DNA of 63,940 nt, counting the filler, from Chiloscyllium plagiosum (taxonomy: Eukaryota): NCBI RefSeq assembly GCF_004010195.1. It is 4 parts of one record of this genome, joined end to end, with 100 filler letters (N's around TTAATTAATTAA, not from the genome) between each part and the next. Parts side by side here need not be neighbours in the genome. Positions count along the whole stretch, not along the records: positions 25,228 to 54,280 come from NC_057710.1; 3 more parts are not named here. One strand, 5' to 3'. The translations under genes and the position numbers were made by a program. The notes beneath the pieces are model-generated. The model was not told where the DNA came from. It did not search any database and worked only from the letters and a program-made list of their open reading frames with translations. Positions 37,130 through 49,054 of the stretch are shown piece by piece. The stretch's first letter is position 1; every line of letters starts with the position of its first letter.

Positions 37130-39750
37130 TTCAGGGTCTCGGGAAATTAATGGGATTGAAAGCTGATAAATACACAGGACCAATTAATTTACAGTCCAGT
37201 GTACTTAAGGAAGTGGTGCTAGAAATAATGGCTGCATTGGTCCTTTAAGATCCTTGGACATGAACAGCTCTGATAGATTGGGCATTGGCTAATGTAACTC
37301 CACTATTTGAAAAATAAATTGTAGAGAGAAAACACAAAATCAACTGTAGAAGTCCTGCCCTGGTTTGTCTTACCAAAACACAACATCTCACATTTACCAA
37401 AATTAACCTTCACCTGCAACTCCTCAGCCCATTGGCCCATCTGAACAAGGTCTTGTTGCACTCTGAAATAATCTTCACTGCCCAATGCACCACCAAGTTT
37501 GGTGTCAGATGCAAACTTATGAATCATCTCCTCTATATTCAATTCCAAATCATTTTATGTAAGTGAAAAGCAGTGGACTCAGCTCCAATTGTCATGGCAC
37601 ATCACTGGTCACAGGCCTCCAGTCCAAAACAAAACAACCTTCTACTATCACCCTCTGTCTCCTATCTTCAAGCCAATTTTGTATCCAATTGGCTAGCTTC
37701 CGCCTGGGGATCCCATGTGATCCAACCTTACTAACCAATCTACCACGCGGAACTTTGCTTTGCTGAAGTCCACATAGACAACACATATCGCTCCACCTTC
37801 AATCTGCTTTGACACCTCTTCAAAACAAAAAACTGAAGTTAGTGAGGCATGATTTCTCACACACAAATATGGAGTTTAACAACTTTGGGGCAGATACTGA
37901 AGTCTTATGCTCTCCCCCCACCCCCACACACTTGTTATCACATGGTCTGACTTTACACACAACCCACTGTTAGCCAGTAAGGGTCCCCATTAGCAGCTAT
38001 TTACTCTCCTAGGCTGACTGTTATCCACTCCTTGTCTGTCCAACTGTTTTTCTTTCTCTGAGCTCTATCTCCACCTATCATTTACTCCTTACCCTTTCTC
38101 CCTAACCAACCTTCTGCATATAAATCAACATTCTCCTAGCTATCATCAGTTCTGAAGGGTTACTGGAACTGAAACAATACCTGATTTCTCTCCAGACCTG
38201 ATGAGTTTTTCCAACAATTTGGTTTTTGTTATGAACAGAATCAGCATGAATTTGGGCTTGACAAATCTATTGGAATATTTTGAAAATGTAACTTAAAGAG
38301 TTGATATGGGAGAACCAGTGATGTGATTTACTTGGTCTTTCAGAAGTCTTTCAATGAGGTTCCAAGCAAGAGACTAGCATGGAAACTTAAACCACATGGG
38401 ATTGAGGCTAGTGTACGTGGATACAGATCTGATTAACAATCAGGAAACAAGTTCTTAAAATAGATGTGCGAGGCAAGTTTTCTTTCCTTACAGACAGTGA
38501 TAGGCACCTGGAACACAACACCAAGGGAGAAGCTGATTTGATAGCAACATTTAAGAGATGTTGAGACAGCTTTGAACAGGCAGGGAATAGAGAGAGATAC
38601 AGACCATGTGCAGACAGATGGGATCAGTTTAGAATGACATCTTGGTTGGCAGAGATACGGTGGGCCAAACAGCCTGTTCCTGTGCAGTACTGTTCTGTTA
38701 TACTAAAGAGAAGAATGAACGGATGGGTGGCAGCCAATAACTAGTGGGTTTCTGCAGGAATCAGTGCTTGGACCCCATCTATTCACAACATATATTAATG
38801 ATTTAGATAAGGGAATTAAATATATCTAATTTAATACACAAAGTTGGGTGGGAGGGTGAGCTGTGAGAATATGCAGTGATGCTTCACTGTGATTTGGACA
38901 AGTTGAGTAAAAGGGATGGCAGATAAAATATAATGCAGATAAGTGAGAGGTTATCAACTTTGGCAGCAAAAACAGGAAGGTAGATCAGCATCTGCTTTAG
39001 ACCGGAAAAAAGATGCAATGCAACAAAACCTGGGTGACCTTAATCCCTTGTCAAAAAGACAAGATGGTTTACCAGACTGATTCCTGGGTTGGCAGGGCTG
39101 ACGGATTCCAGAAGAGGTTTCAAAGAGAGTTAGGTATCTGAAAGCGACAAAGTCAGAGGGCAACAGAGATAGGATCGGAGAATGGGACTGGCTGGGCAGC
39201 TCCGTCAGGACCTGGTATAGGCATGACGGGTCGAATGGCCTCCTTCTGTACAATAAAATTCAATGACTCTACAAGAATAGGGAAAAATCTCAAATCTATA
39301 AAATTCTAACAGACCCACACAGAATAAATGCAGGAAGGATGTTCTCAATGACCAGGAATCCAGACCCAGGAGTCATACACTAAGGATCGGGGAGTAGGCC
39401 ACAGTAGCTCTTGAGGTGTAGTGATAGTGTGCCTACCACAGTGTGTTCAAATCCCACCTGGTCCAGAAGCATGTAATAACATCTGAGCAGGGTGATTAGA
39501 AATACCCATGACGTAGGCTATTTAGGACTGAAAAACAGAAATTTCTTCATCCAGAGAGTGACGAGGATGTGGAATTCACTGCCAGGAAAGTGGTTGAGGT
39601 GTAAACATTGAATGTTTTCAAGGAGTTAGTACAAGTCTTCTGGCTAAAGCGATCAAAGTATACGGGGAGAGACATGGACCAGAGTTGGATAACCAGCCAT
39701 GTTGATAGTGAGTGGTGGAGGAGGCTGGAAGGTCTGAATGGCCGGATACT
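37130..39750. mobile_element. Mosaic of old CR1 fragments in both orientations plus a PLE terminal fragment (about 37870-38230)
   Basis: KFASDTKLGG and WRPVTSDVP on the minus strand, with degenerate plus-strand RT segments. Confidence 0.65.
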
Positions 39751-39792
39751 GCTGCTATTTTCGATGACAATCCCATCGGTCAGGACACTCAC

Positions 39793-39875
39793 CGTCCTGA
39801 GAATGAGTTGGTGTGCCATCCGATCATCATGCACCTGGAATTTGTATTCCTTTCGCCCTTCCTCCAGCACACATC
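39793..39875 (-). CDS. npm4: Nucleoplasmin-family gene, coding exon 2 (83 bp, phase 1/0)
   Basis: Acceptor gattctttag|, then (G)[27 protein letters not shown], then donor |gtgagt. Aligns with NPM1 [27 protein letters not shown]. Confidence 0.88.
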
Positions 39876-40777
39876 CTAAAGAATCAAATCAGAAAAATTA
39901 ACTTGACCAACTCATTTCCAAGGTGCATGCAAAACATTTTTGTTGACAGCAAAAACTTTGAAAGCAGGTTTGTAAAAGAAGGGACATTCTCCCAGTGTCT
40001 GCGTAGGTTTCCTCCTGCTACTCCGGATTCCTCCCACAGTCCAAAGATGTGCAGATTAGCTAGATTACTAATGCTAAATTGACCAAAATGTCCAGGGATA
40101 TGCAAGCTAGATGGATCAGCCACAGTAAATGCAGGGTTACAGGGATAGGGTAGAGGGTGGGTCTGAGTGGGATGGTCTGAGGGGACGGGTTCACACGACA
40201 GGCTGAATGGCCTGCTTCCATACTATAGGGATTCTATGACCTAATTTTTCGAAGCTCCCACCAATGAAGAAATACTCTGCACATTTGTTCTTCCTGCCAA
40301 ATTGGATAACCGCACCTCTCAAGGAGAACCAAATTCCCCTTCTGGGTTCTAATCAGTCCTACTCTTCCTACGACCACCCTTTTATTATTTGTGTTATTGA
40401 AAACTTTGGGATTCCTTCTCATGTCACTTGTAGCATCTGCTTGTTATCCCCGTTGCATCTGCTCGTTATCCCCGTTGCTTTTCTCCTCCCTTCGGCATTC
40501 AGCTTTCATATTACATTTTCTACACGATACCGGTCTTTCACACACTTCTTCCTTTTCTATCTAGGGAACTCTGGATTTGTTTGCTGCCCCGAACCTTTTG
40601 AAGGCTTAAACCTCGACTTGTGTTGAAACCATTTTCTCTCTGAAGGTGGTTCAGCTGAGGCTGTGGCAAATAGATTTTTGACTTCCAAAAAATAAAAAAA
40701 AAAGGGGAGTCAATGAACAGGCAAGGAAGTGGAGTTGGGGCAGAAGATCAGCCTTGATACACTGAACGATGGCAAAG

Positions 40778-40995
40778 CTAAAAATCACAACTCCAGGTTA
40801 TAGTCCAACAGATTTATTTGGAAGCACTCAGCTTTCAGAGCACTGCTCCTTCATTGGGTGGTTCATCAACAACCTGATGAAGGAGCAACACTCCGAAAGC
40901 TGGTGCTTCCAAGTAAACCTGTTGGGTTATAACCTGGTGTTGTGTGGTTTTTAAACTTTGTACACCCCAATCCAACACCTGCACCTCCAAATCAC
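40778..40995. mobile_element. Fold-back PLE-derived element of a second family
   Basis: Inverted arms (CCAGGTTATAGTCCAACAG / CTGTTGGGTTATAACCTGG) around a hammerhead-like core. Confidence 0.75.
40871..40903 (+). ncRNA. Minimal hammerhead ribozyme-like motif (second PLE family)
   Basis: CTGATGA-A-GGAG(CAACA)CTCC-GAAA-GCT: both core boxes, stem II and a palindromic AGCT stem III. Confidence 0.6.
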
Positions 40996-43563
40996 GAACG
41001 ATGGCAGACTGGGTTATATCACTGAACTCCATTCCCTTTTTGTTATAAACGTGAACTTAATAAGCTGGTTATACTTTAAATGTGTCTCCTTTAATTCAGA
41101 GGTGAAACAGAACATTGCCGCATGTGGGATAGTCATCTGCCCAGAAACACATCTGTGTGATCTGTGACTGCAGCTTAAACCCAAATAACAGGATTCCCAC
41201 CAAGGAACATTGTGAAAGAACGAGAGTAAGAGACACAGAAATCAAAGGGAGCCAGTGTTTAACGTTTCAGCATCTTTTAGCTTTAACACTAAGTGAGTAA
41301 GACAGGAAAAACTCAATGAGGGTCACGATACTAATGTTGTTTAGCAGTACCTTATGTGACCAGATGGTCTCCATTTTCTCAGAAATAAGGCAACGTCTAG
41401 CTTTCAGACTTGCAGTCTCTCCCCAAGTTGAGCGGCTGCTCCAAATTTTCAGCCACAAGCTCTCCCACCTGGCAAACCCAGTGCCTCAAGGATCTGTCCA
41501 GGCAAGATGGAATTGCCACCTCCTCTCCCCCCCCCCCCCCCCCCAAGAAACCCAAACAAATAATCTGCTGGATGTCAGTCTCAACCCGATAAGCTAAGCA
41601 GTACTTCTCTTTCACCCCTGACTATAGGTGGTGGCTGGAATAGCAAGACAACAGTCAACAGAACAACAGTGCCCCTGGTCCACTATGGGGCCCAGGACTT
41701 TTAGAGTGTGCATGTGGGGGAGACAGCACAAAACCACAAGAATGCAACACCAAGTGAGCAAGGGCAAGGCAAAGGAGAGAGACTACTATAGGAAGTACAG
41801 TCAATGGAATATTAACGTTTTATTTTACTTTAGCAATTATCTGGAAGACATGACAGGTCTACTAATCCAGAGACCCAGGCAATATCTCAGGAACCCACAA
41901 TGGCAGATGGTGGAATTTGAATTTAATAAAGAACAGCTGGACTTTAGAATTTAACAACAGCCATGACATTGTTGTCAAGTGTCAGACAAAAAAAATCTGA
42001 TTCACCAATGCGTTTTAAGGAAGGATACTGCCATCCTGCTCTCGTTTGGTCTCTATGTGACTGCAGACCCACAGCAAAGTGGTTTAACTCTTAAGTACCC
42101 TCTAGGCAATTAGCGATGGGCAATAAATGTCGGTCTACATGCTGACATCCCATGAAAGAATGGAAAAAACATTTTATTAGCTATTTTTAACTTAGGTATG
42201 CAGTCATTTAAAGTACTGTGGTATTGTATTCCAAGTACAGGGTACACATTCAAATCACTTTCTTTGCGATGAAACTCATCTCCAGTTTTAACATGGGGTT
42301 TATGGAACGAATGCCAACACCAACTTCAAGTTGTGACTTGGGGACATGCAACTGCTACTGAGAGGATATCCTGCACTGCTCCACTGCTTTGATGTGCAAG
42401 GTGAATAGTGAGCTAACAAGAGTTGCTGAGCTGAGTCTTGCTAGTCTAGGTCTGCTTTGGAATGTACATGGCGTGGAGGAGCTGGTGTTGGACTGGGGTG
42501 GACAGAGTTAAAAATCACAACACCAGGTTCACTTGGAAGTACTAGCTTTAGGGGTGAGCAGCACTCCTATGAGATTTTTTAACTTGGAATACACACTCCA
42601 ATTGTTTGTAAGCGCTTTGAGATTTAATTGTGCTCTGACATTCCTCTTGCAGTAGCACAGCCCAAAGAAGAATATATTGCACAGTATTTTCCAACAGCGT
42701 TAATCAATCAGTTAACACAAAAGTACCCAGGTTGGCATACTCATTGCTTAAGTATCATTTGTTCTATGTTGCTTGCATTGAAAGAAACCAGCGTAATGAA
42801 GCCTTAACATGTGAAAGCTTGTCTTTTGGCAATTCTCATTATGGATTAGGAATTTATGGAGATCAAAAATGTATTCATTTTAATGACTTTTTTACCCCCT
42901 TGTATTCTATTCCTCCAAGTCAGCCTTGCATTATCCTTTTTGGATTCTTTCGTGTATCCGAAAATAACACCATTATTTGTATACATCCTGACCACCTTCC
43001 CTCCACAGAATGCATAAAGCTCCTTTGTAAGGCCACCATGAAAGCTGCCTCCACCGCGCCCTCACCTTGTACAGTCCAGATCTGGACCGTGTGCCACCTT
43101 AAAATAAGCCTTCTCACCTCAGGTTACAACTTCTGGCACTCGCTTTAAACCAAAATTTTCAGGTTCTCAATATTTCTTTTTCCCTATTCACGTACTAGAG
43201 GCAGGTACCCCTGGTTGGCCAACATTTATTGAACCCCTTTATCCCTACTTTCTGCCAATCAGCCAATCCTCTAGTGACAATTCAGGAGCTGCTTACAATC
43301 TCGTGCATCTGGCAAATTCTTCCAACATATCAAGGCAGAATTTGCAAGACTGATGGATAGTACGCACTGCCAGAATGAGTAACTGCCGTGTTGGCATAAC
43401 ATTACCCCCACAGGAACAGGTAGGTTTGAACATTAACAAAAAAAAACAAAGCACTAGGGGAAGCTCCAGGTCTGGCAGCAGTCTGCCAAGAGAAAGCGTT
43501 TCGGGTCCAGAAATCAGTAATGGAAGATGGAATTTAATCCTGAAATGTCAGAGGTGATGCATT

Positions 43564-44040
43564 TTAGATTAGATTCCCTACAGTGTGGGGAAACAGGCTA
43601 TTTGGTCCAACAAGTCCACATCGACTCTCTGACAGTAACCCACCCAAACCCATTCCCCTACATTTACCTCAACATCTTACCTTCACATCATGGAACAATA
43701 TGGACAATTTAGCCTGGCCAATTCACCTAACCTTCTTTCATTCCTGAAGAAGGGCTTATGCCCGAAACGTCGATTCTCCTGCTCCTCGGATACTGCCTGG
43801 CCTGCTGTGTTTTTCCAGCATCACATTTTTCAACTCTGGTCTCCAGCATCTACAGTCCTCACTTTCTCCCAATTCACCTAACCTGCACATCTTTGGATTG
43901 TGGGAAGAAACCGGAGCACCCGGGAGGAAACAGGGAGAACGTGCAAACTCCACGCAGACACAGTCACCCAAGGGTGGAATGGAACCCAGGATTCTATGTT
44001 ATATGTTGCAAGGCAGCAGTGCTAACCACAGAGCCACCGT
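43564..44040 (-). mobile_element. HE1-like SINE interrupted by a PLE terminal element (43734-43868, 16-bp TSD CCAATTCACCTAACCT)
   Basis: TSD at 43718-43733 and 43869-43884. Confidence 0.85.
43741..43775 (+). ncRNA. Minimal type I hammerhead ribozyme motif (PLE-associated)
   Basis: CTGAAGA-A-GGGC(TTAT)GCCC-GAAA-CGTC: CUGANGA and GAAA boxes, 4-bp stem II, palindromic ACGT stem III and GUC cleavage triplet. Confidence 0.7.
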
Positions 44041-44049
44041 TTTGTGACA

Positions 44050-45080
44050 TCTAATAAGTGAAGGATTTACACAACGAATGGCAGGTCCCTAGGGAGTACT
44101 GAGGAATAAAGGGACCTTGGTGTACAAGTCTGTCGATCCCCGAAGGTGTCAGCACTGGTAGACAGGCTGGTGAGGAAGGCCAACAGGATGCTTGCCTTCA
44201 TTGGCCACATGACGAATATCAGAGAAGTCTTCTTGCAACTGTATACAGCGGTGGTTATGCCATAGACGGATTACTGTGTGTAGCTCTCTATGCCACAAAC
44301 TAAAAGATGACTGGTACAAGGAGTCCTAGTTTGAAGATATTAGGAGGAAGGTATAAAGGAGAAGTCAGAGATAGGTTCTTTACGCAGAGAGTTGTGAATG
44401 CCTGAAATGCGTTGCCAGTGGTGGTGGTGGAAGCAGAGTCATTAGGGGACATTTGAGCAACTGCTGGATATGCACATGGATAGCCATGAGTTGGGGGAGG
44501 TGTATAAGTTAAGTTACAACATTTTACATTAGGATTAAACCTCGGCACAACATCGTGGGCCAAAGGGCCTGTTTTGTGCTATACTTTTCTACATTCTATG
44601 TGATTGCATTAGAGAAGGTAAAGAGGAGATTCACCAAGACGTTTCTTCAGAGTAAAATTCTCGGTTCAGTAGAGAGACTGGTTAGACTGAATTTGTTTTC
44701 CTTGGAGCAAAGGAGCCCGAGGAGAAACCTGAGGGAGGTAAACACAATGAGAGAAATTGACAAGCGGGATCATCAGAACCCCTTCTCCATGGCAGAACTG
44801 TCTAATACTAGAGGGCACAAGTTTAAGGCGAGGAGAAAGTGGCTTAAAGGAAATCGGAGCAAAGATTTTTTCTTAAAAACCCAGAGGCTGGTAGAAAATT
44901 AGAACATGCTGCCTGAGAGACTGGTGGAAGCAGCCACCATTGCAACATTTAAGCAGCACCTGGACAAGAACAGAAAATGCAAGGGTTTCACAGGCTATGG
45001 ACCATTGGCAGATAAATGAGATTGTTGCATGCTTGGTGTTTCTGGGTTGGCATGGACACGGTGGGCCAAAGGGCCTGTCT
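44050..45080 (+). mobile_element. Old CR1 3' region with a nested CR1 3' end (about 44300-44600)
   Basis: LEKVKRRFTK and LFSLEQR motifs; TTCTATG tail. Confidence 0.7.
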
Positions 45081-45634
45081 CATTTGGGGACTGGGAGGGG
45101 TAGTTGTGAAGGTGGAACAACAAAGGGAGCTTGGGGCTTGGGTTTCAAACAATAAGGGGGGGGGAATGGGGAGAACGAGGGGAGGNNNNNNNNNNNNNNN
45201 NNNNNNNNNNNNNNNNNNNNNNNNNNNNNNNNNNNNNNNNNNNNNNNNNNNNNNNNNNNNNNNNNNNNNNNNNNNNNNNNNNNNNNNNNNNNNNNNNNNN
45301 NNNNNNNNNNNNNNNNNNNNNNNNNNNNNNNNNNNNNNNNNNNNNNNNNNNNNNNNNNNNNNNNNNNNNNNNNNNNNNNNNNNNNNNNNNNNNNNNNNNN
45401 NNNNNNNNNNNNNNNNNNNNNNNNNNNNNNNNNNNNNNNNNNNNNNNNNNNNNNNNNNNNNNNNNNNNNNNNNNNNNNNNNNNNNNNNNNNNNNNNNNNN
45501 NATGGGGAGGGGGGGGAAAGGGGTATTGGGGGGGGGGGATGTCCCGCGCAATGGCTCCCTCCCTGTGGTTGAGAAGCCAGGGCCTTGTACCCCCTGTGCC
45601 GGGTAGGGTCGGGGCCCGAGGCCCTGCCGCTTAC

Positions 45635-45692
45635 CGAACAGGTAAATGCTGGAGTTGAGCAGCTCAGACACGGACACCTTCCGCTCGTCCAT
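45635..45692 (-). CDS. npm4: Nucleoplasmin-family gene, coding exon 1 (58 bp, phase 1)
   Basis: MDERKVSVSELLNSSIYLF(G), then donor |gtaagc. YLFG followed by C on the next exon is the NPM1 signature, and the 19-codon + 1-nt layout matches NPM1. The exon lies in a CpG-rich region. Confidence 0.88.
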
Positions 45693-45990
45693 CGGCCACC
45701 TGCGCCCGCCTCCCCGCGCTGAGTGACAGCAGCATTGACCAATCATAACGCCCTCCCCGGGACACCTGACCAATGAAGGGGGGCCGTGCGGCCTTGGCCA
45801 ATCAATAAGGGAGCGGGCCGGGAGGGCGGGAAACATACTAACCAATGGAAGTGCGAATAATCAGGCAGAAGGCGGAGCGTCCTGTTGATTTATTCCAATC
45901 AGCAGGTGGGGAGGCCCGTCAATCAGAAGCGGGGCGACAGGCTGATTGACAAGCTCCGTGTGTCGGGTACGCCACCTCATGGCGTGGTCC
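45693..45990 (-). promoter_or_regulatory. CpG-rich promoter of the NPM gene with five CCAAT boxes, an E2F site and GC boxes
   Basis: CCAAT starts at 45739, 45770, 45798, 45842 and 45895; GGCGGGAAA at 45825-45833; high local CpG density. Confidence 0.8.
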
Positions 45991-46139
45991 TGTAATTGCT
46001 CTGAGCTTCCCTGGACATTGCAAAATGCAACTTGCAGATACCACCTGGTTTATCTTGCCAAAGTAACATTGCCCTGGAAGAAAAGATGAAATAAGGTTCA
46101 CTGGACTGGAACTAAAGCGCTCAAAGGTTGGTTTGTGTG

Positions 46140-46525
46140 TGACAGAGGGTGGTGGTGGAGGGTTGTTTTTCAGACTGGAGGCCTGTGACCAGTGGAGTGC
46201 CACAAGGATCGGTGCTGGGTCCTCCACTTTTTGTCATTTTCATAAATGATTTGGGTACGAGCATAAGAGGTACAGTTAGTAAGTTTGCAGGTGACACCAA
46301 AATTGGAGGTGTAGTGGACAGCGAAGAGGGTTACCTCAGATTACAACAGGATCTGGACCAGATGGGCCAATGGGCTGAGAAGTGGCAGATGGAGTTTAAT
46401 TCAGATAAATCTGAGGTGCTGCATTTTGGGAAAGCAAATCTTAGCAGGATTTATACACTTAATGGTAAGGTCCTGCTGTGTTGCTGAACAAAGAGACCTT
46501 GGAGTGCAGGTTCAGAGCTCCTTGA
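46140..46525 (+). mobile_element. CR1 RT fragment
   Basis: [13 protein letters not shown] and [10 protein letters not shown] motifs. Confidence 0.9.
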
Positions 46526-46922
46526 AACAGTCGATAATGATTGTGTTCAAGACACCATCCTGCAGAGCTGATGTGCTCTTATGGGTGCAGTGGTGGTGTC
46601 CTTACCTCTGAGCAAGTGTCCTGGGTTCAAGCCGACCAGCTCCAGAGATATGTCACAATACATCTGAAAAGGTTGCTTACAAATATCTACCCAGAGGAAC
46701 TCCTTACTGAGCTGTCTTGGAGCTGATGTGACTGATTTCCAACAACCAGAAACACCTTCCTTTGTACCAGGTGACTCTGACCAGCGGAGACATTTCCCCA
46801 AATCCTATTTATGCCAGTTTTTCTCGAGTTCCTTGATACCTCACTCACTGGACTACTGACTGATATCTAGGGCAGTCACTCTCACTTCAACTCTGGAGCT
46901 CGGCTGGTTTGTCCATGTTTAG

Positions 46923-47128
46923 AGCTGAAAGTGTGTTGCTGGAAAAGCGCAGCAGGTCAGGCAGCATCCAATGGGCAGGAGAGTCGACGTTTCGGGCATG
47001 AGCCCTTCTTCAGGAATGAGAACGAAACGTCGATTCTCCTGCTCCTTGGATGCTGCCTGACCTGCTGTGCTTTTCCAGCAACACATTTTCAGCTCTGATC
47101 TCCAGCATCTGCAGTCCTCACTTTCTCC
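46923..47128. mobile_element. Fold-back PLE-derived element with 14-bp TSD; hammerhead motif on the minus strand at about 46984-47016
   Basis: TTGTCCATGTTTAG at 46909-46922 and 47129-47142. Confidence 0.88.
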
Positions 47129-49054
47129 TTGTCCATGTTTAGGTCAAGGCTGTAATGAAGTCCAGAATGTTCACTGAGCAGGTGCTGCTTGATAGCACTG
47201 TTGGTGACACCTTCCATAACTTTGCTGAAGATCAAGAGTGGACTGATGGGGCGATAATTGGCTGGGTTAGATTTGTCCTGCTTTTTGTGTACAGGACATG
47301 CCTGGCAATTCCACACACTTTCAGGTGGATGCCAGTAGCGTTAGAAATACATTCAAAACGGATTTGTTATTTAGGTCAATGCCATGTGGTCTGTCCCACT
47401 CCATTCATTTCTGTAAACGTTGTCACAAGTGAGTGGACAAATATATGGTTAGGAAATTATTAGAAGGATATGGACCAAGTGCAGGGAAATGGGATTAACG
47501 TGGATGGGCACTTTGTTCGGCGTGGCCAAAGGATCTGTGTCAGTGCTCTAGGACTCTATGACCCTATGACTCTATGAGTAACTTACCGAGCCATTGTAGA
47601 AAGCTGTTAAAAGCCGAAGTTACATCTAAACTAGACCAGGTAAAGACAACAGGTTTCCTTTCCTAAAGCACAACCAGGAACAGTAGGATCTGGACAACAT
47701 GGTCTCTATTTGCCTTAATTCCTTTTAATTCCAGATATTTATTGAACTCACATTTCACCCATTGTGAAACTAGAAACCATGTCCATTCGACCCAACAGAC
47801 CTGGATAAAACATGGGGTTTTGGAGGACTAGTCCAGTCACATTACCACTACGCCATCACCTTCCTCTCCTCAACATAATTAGACACCATGGCCCAATGAC
47901 CCTTTCCGCAGTACACAGCTGATCATTCATGCAGCTCCCCCAACAACCTACCATCTTCACCTACCTCATACATCCCATCACTCAATTATCCATTCACTCA
48001 CTCAGCTTCTGATCAAGCTATTAACATTCTTTCACTAACATTCAAAGGGGACTATTGGACCCTCTTGTGGTGCAAAGGTAGAGTCCCTACCCCTGAACTG
48101 GGAGGTCTGGGTTAAAGTCCCACCTGCTCTGAAGGTGTATAATAACATCCCTGATCAGGTTGATTAGCAAAATAGGTTAAAGTGGGTATTAAACTTACTG
48201 CGCATCGGCTGTGGAGGTGATGGATAGTGGTGTCACTGAACCATTAATCCAGAGATTTAGGTAATATTCTGAGGAACACAGGTTCAAATCCTGCTATGGT
48301 GGGATTTGAATTCAATTCTTGTTTAAAAATCTAGAATTAAGAGTCTAATGATGACCATGAAAACATTGTCAATTGTCAGAAAAAGCCAAATGATTTCCTC
48401 ATGTCCTTTAGGGAAAGAAATTTGCCATCCTGATCTGGCCTGGTTTATATGTGACTCCTGACCCACAGAAGTGTGGTCATCTTACCTGCTTCTGGGCAGT
48501 TAGGGATGGGGAATAAATGGTGGCCCAGCCAAGTATGCCCATGACCCAAGATGATTGAAGAAAAAGCTATGTCCCATCTTCCTTCTATTCTACTGCACTC
48601 TGATGGATTTCCCGGTCGGATATTGCCCTGTACTTTCCTCGGAAAGCCTGACCAAAGAAGATTCTGGAAGAAAATGCATGGTAGAGTTGACCAGGAGCGT
48701 GTCTGACAGTGGCAGTCCAATGAGCACTGCCCCAACTTGGAAAAGCTGAGCCAATGTCTTGAGATCTTCTCCAATCATGTGTTCAAAAGACAACCTCTCG
48801 GAGTGTCACCCTGGATATTGTCACTCGAGTAACTCTCTAATTTCTGGCTCAGAGACAAGAATATAACCAGCTGAGTCAAGCCTTTCAATAAAATTCTACA
48901 CGGGAGGCTTAAGTAGAAGATGAAGGCCTTGGAATTCAGTGACTGATTAGTTCACCGACAGGAATCAAAGGACGTTAGTGAATATATGATTTTCCACTTG
49001 TGAGCTGACTTGTGTTCTCTGCAAGGCTAAGTTTAGTGCTCAGCAACTTGGAGT

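Noticed and set aside
44988..45845. Long ORFs spanning N runs (also 32129-33171, 53877-54332)
   Set aside because: Their length is inflated by gap characters. Only the 58-bp NPM exon 1 inside 44988-45845 is supported as host coding sequence.
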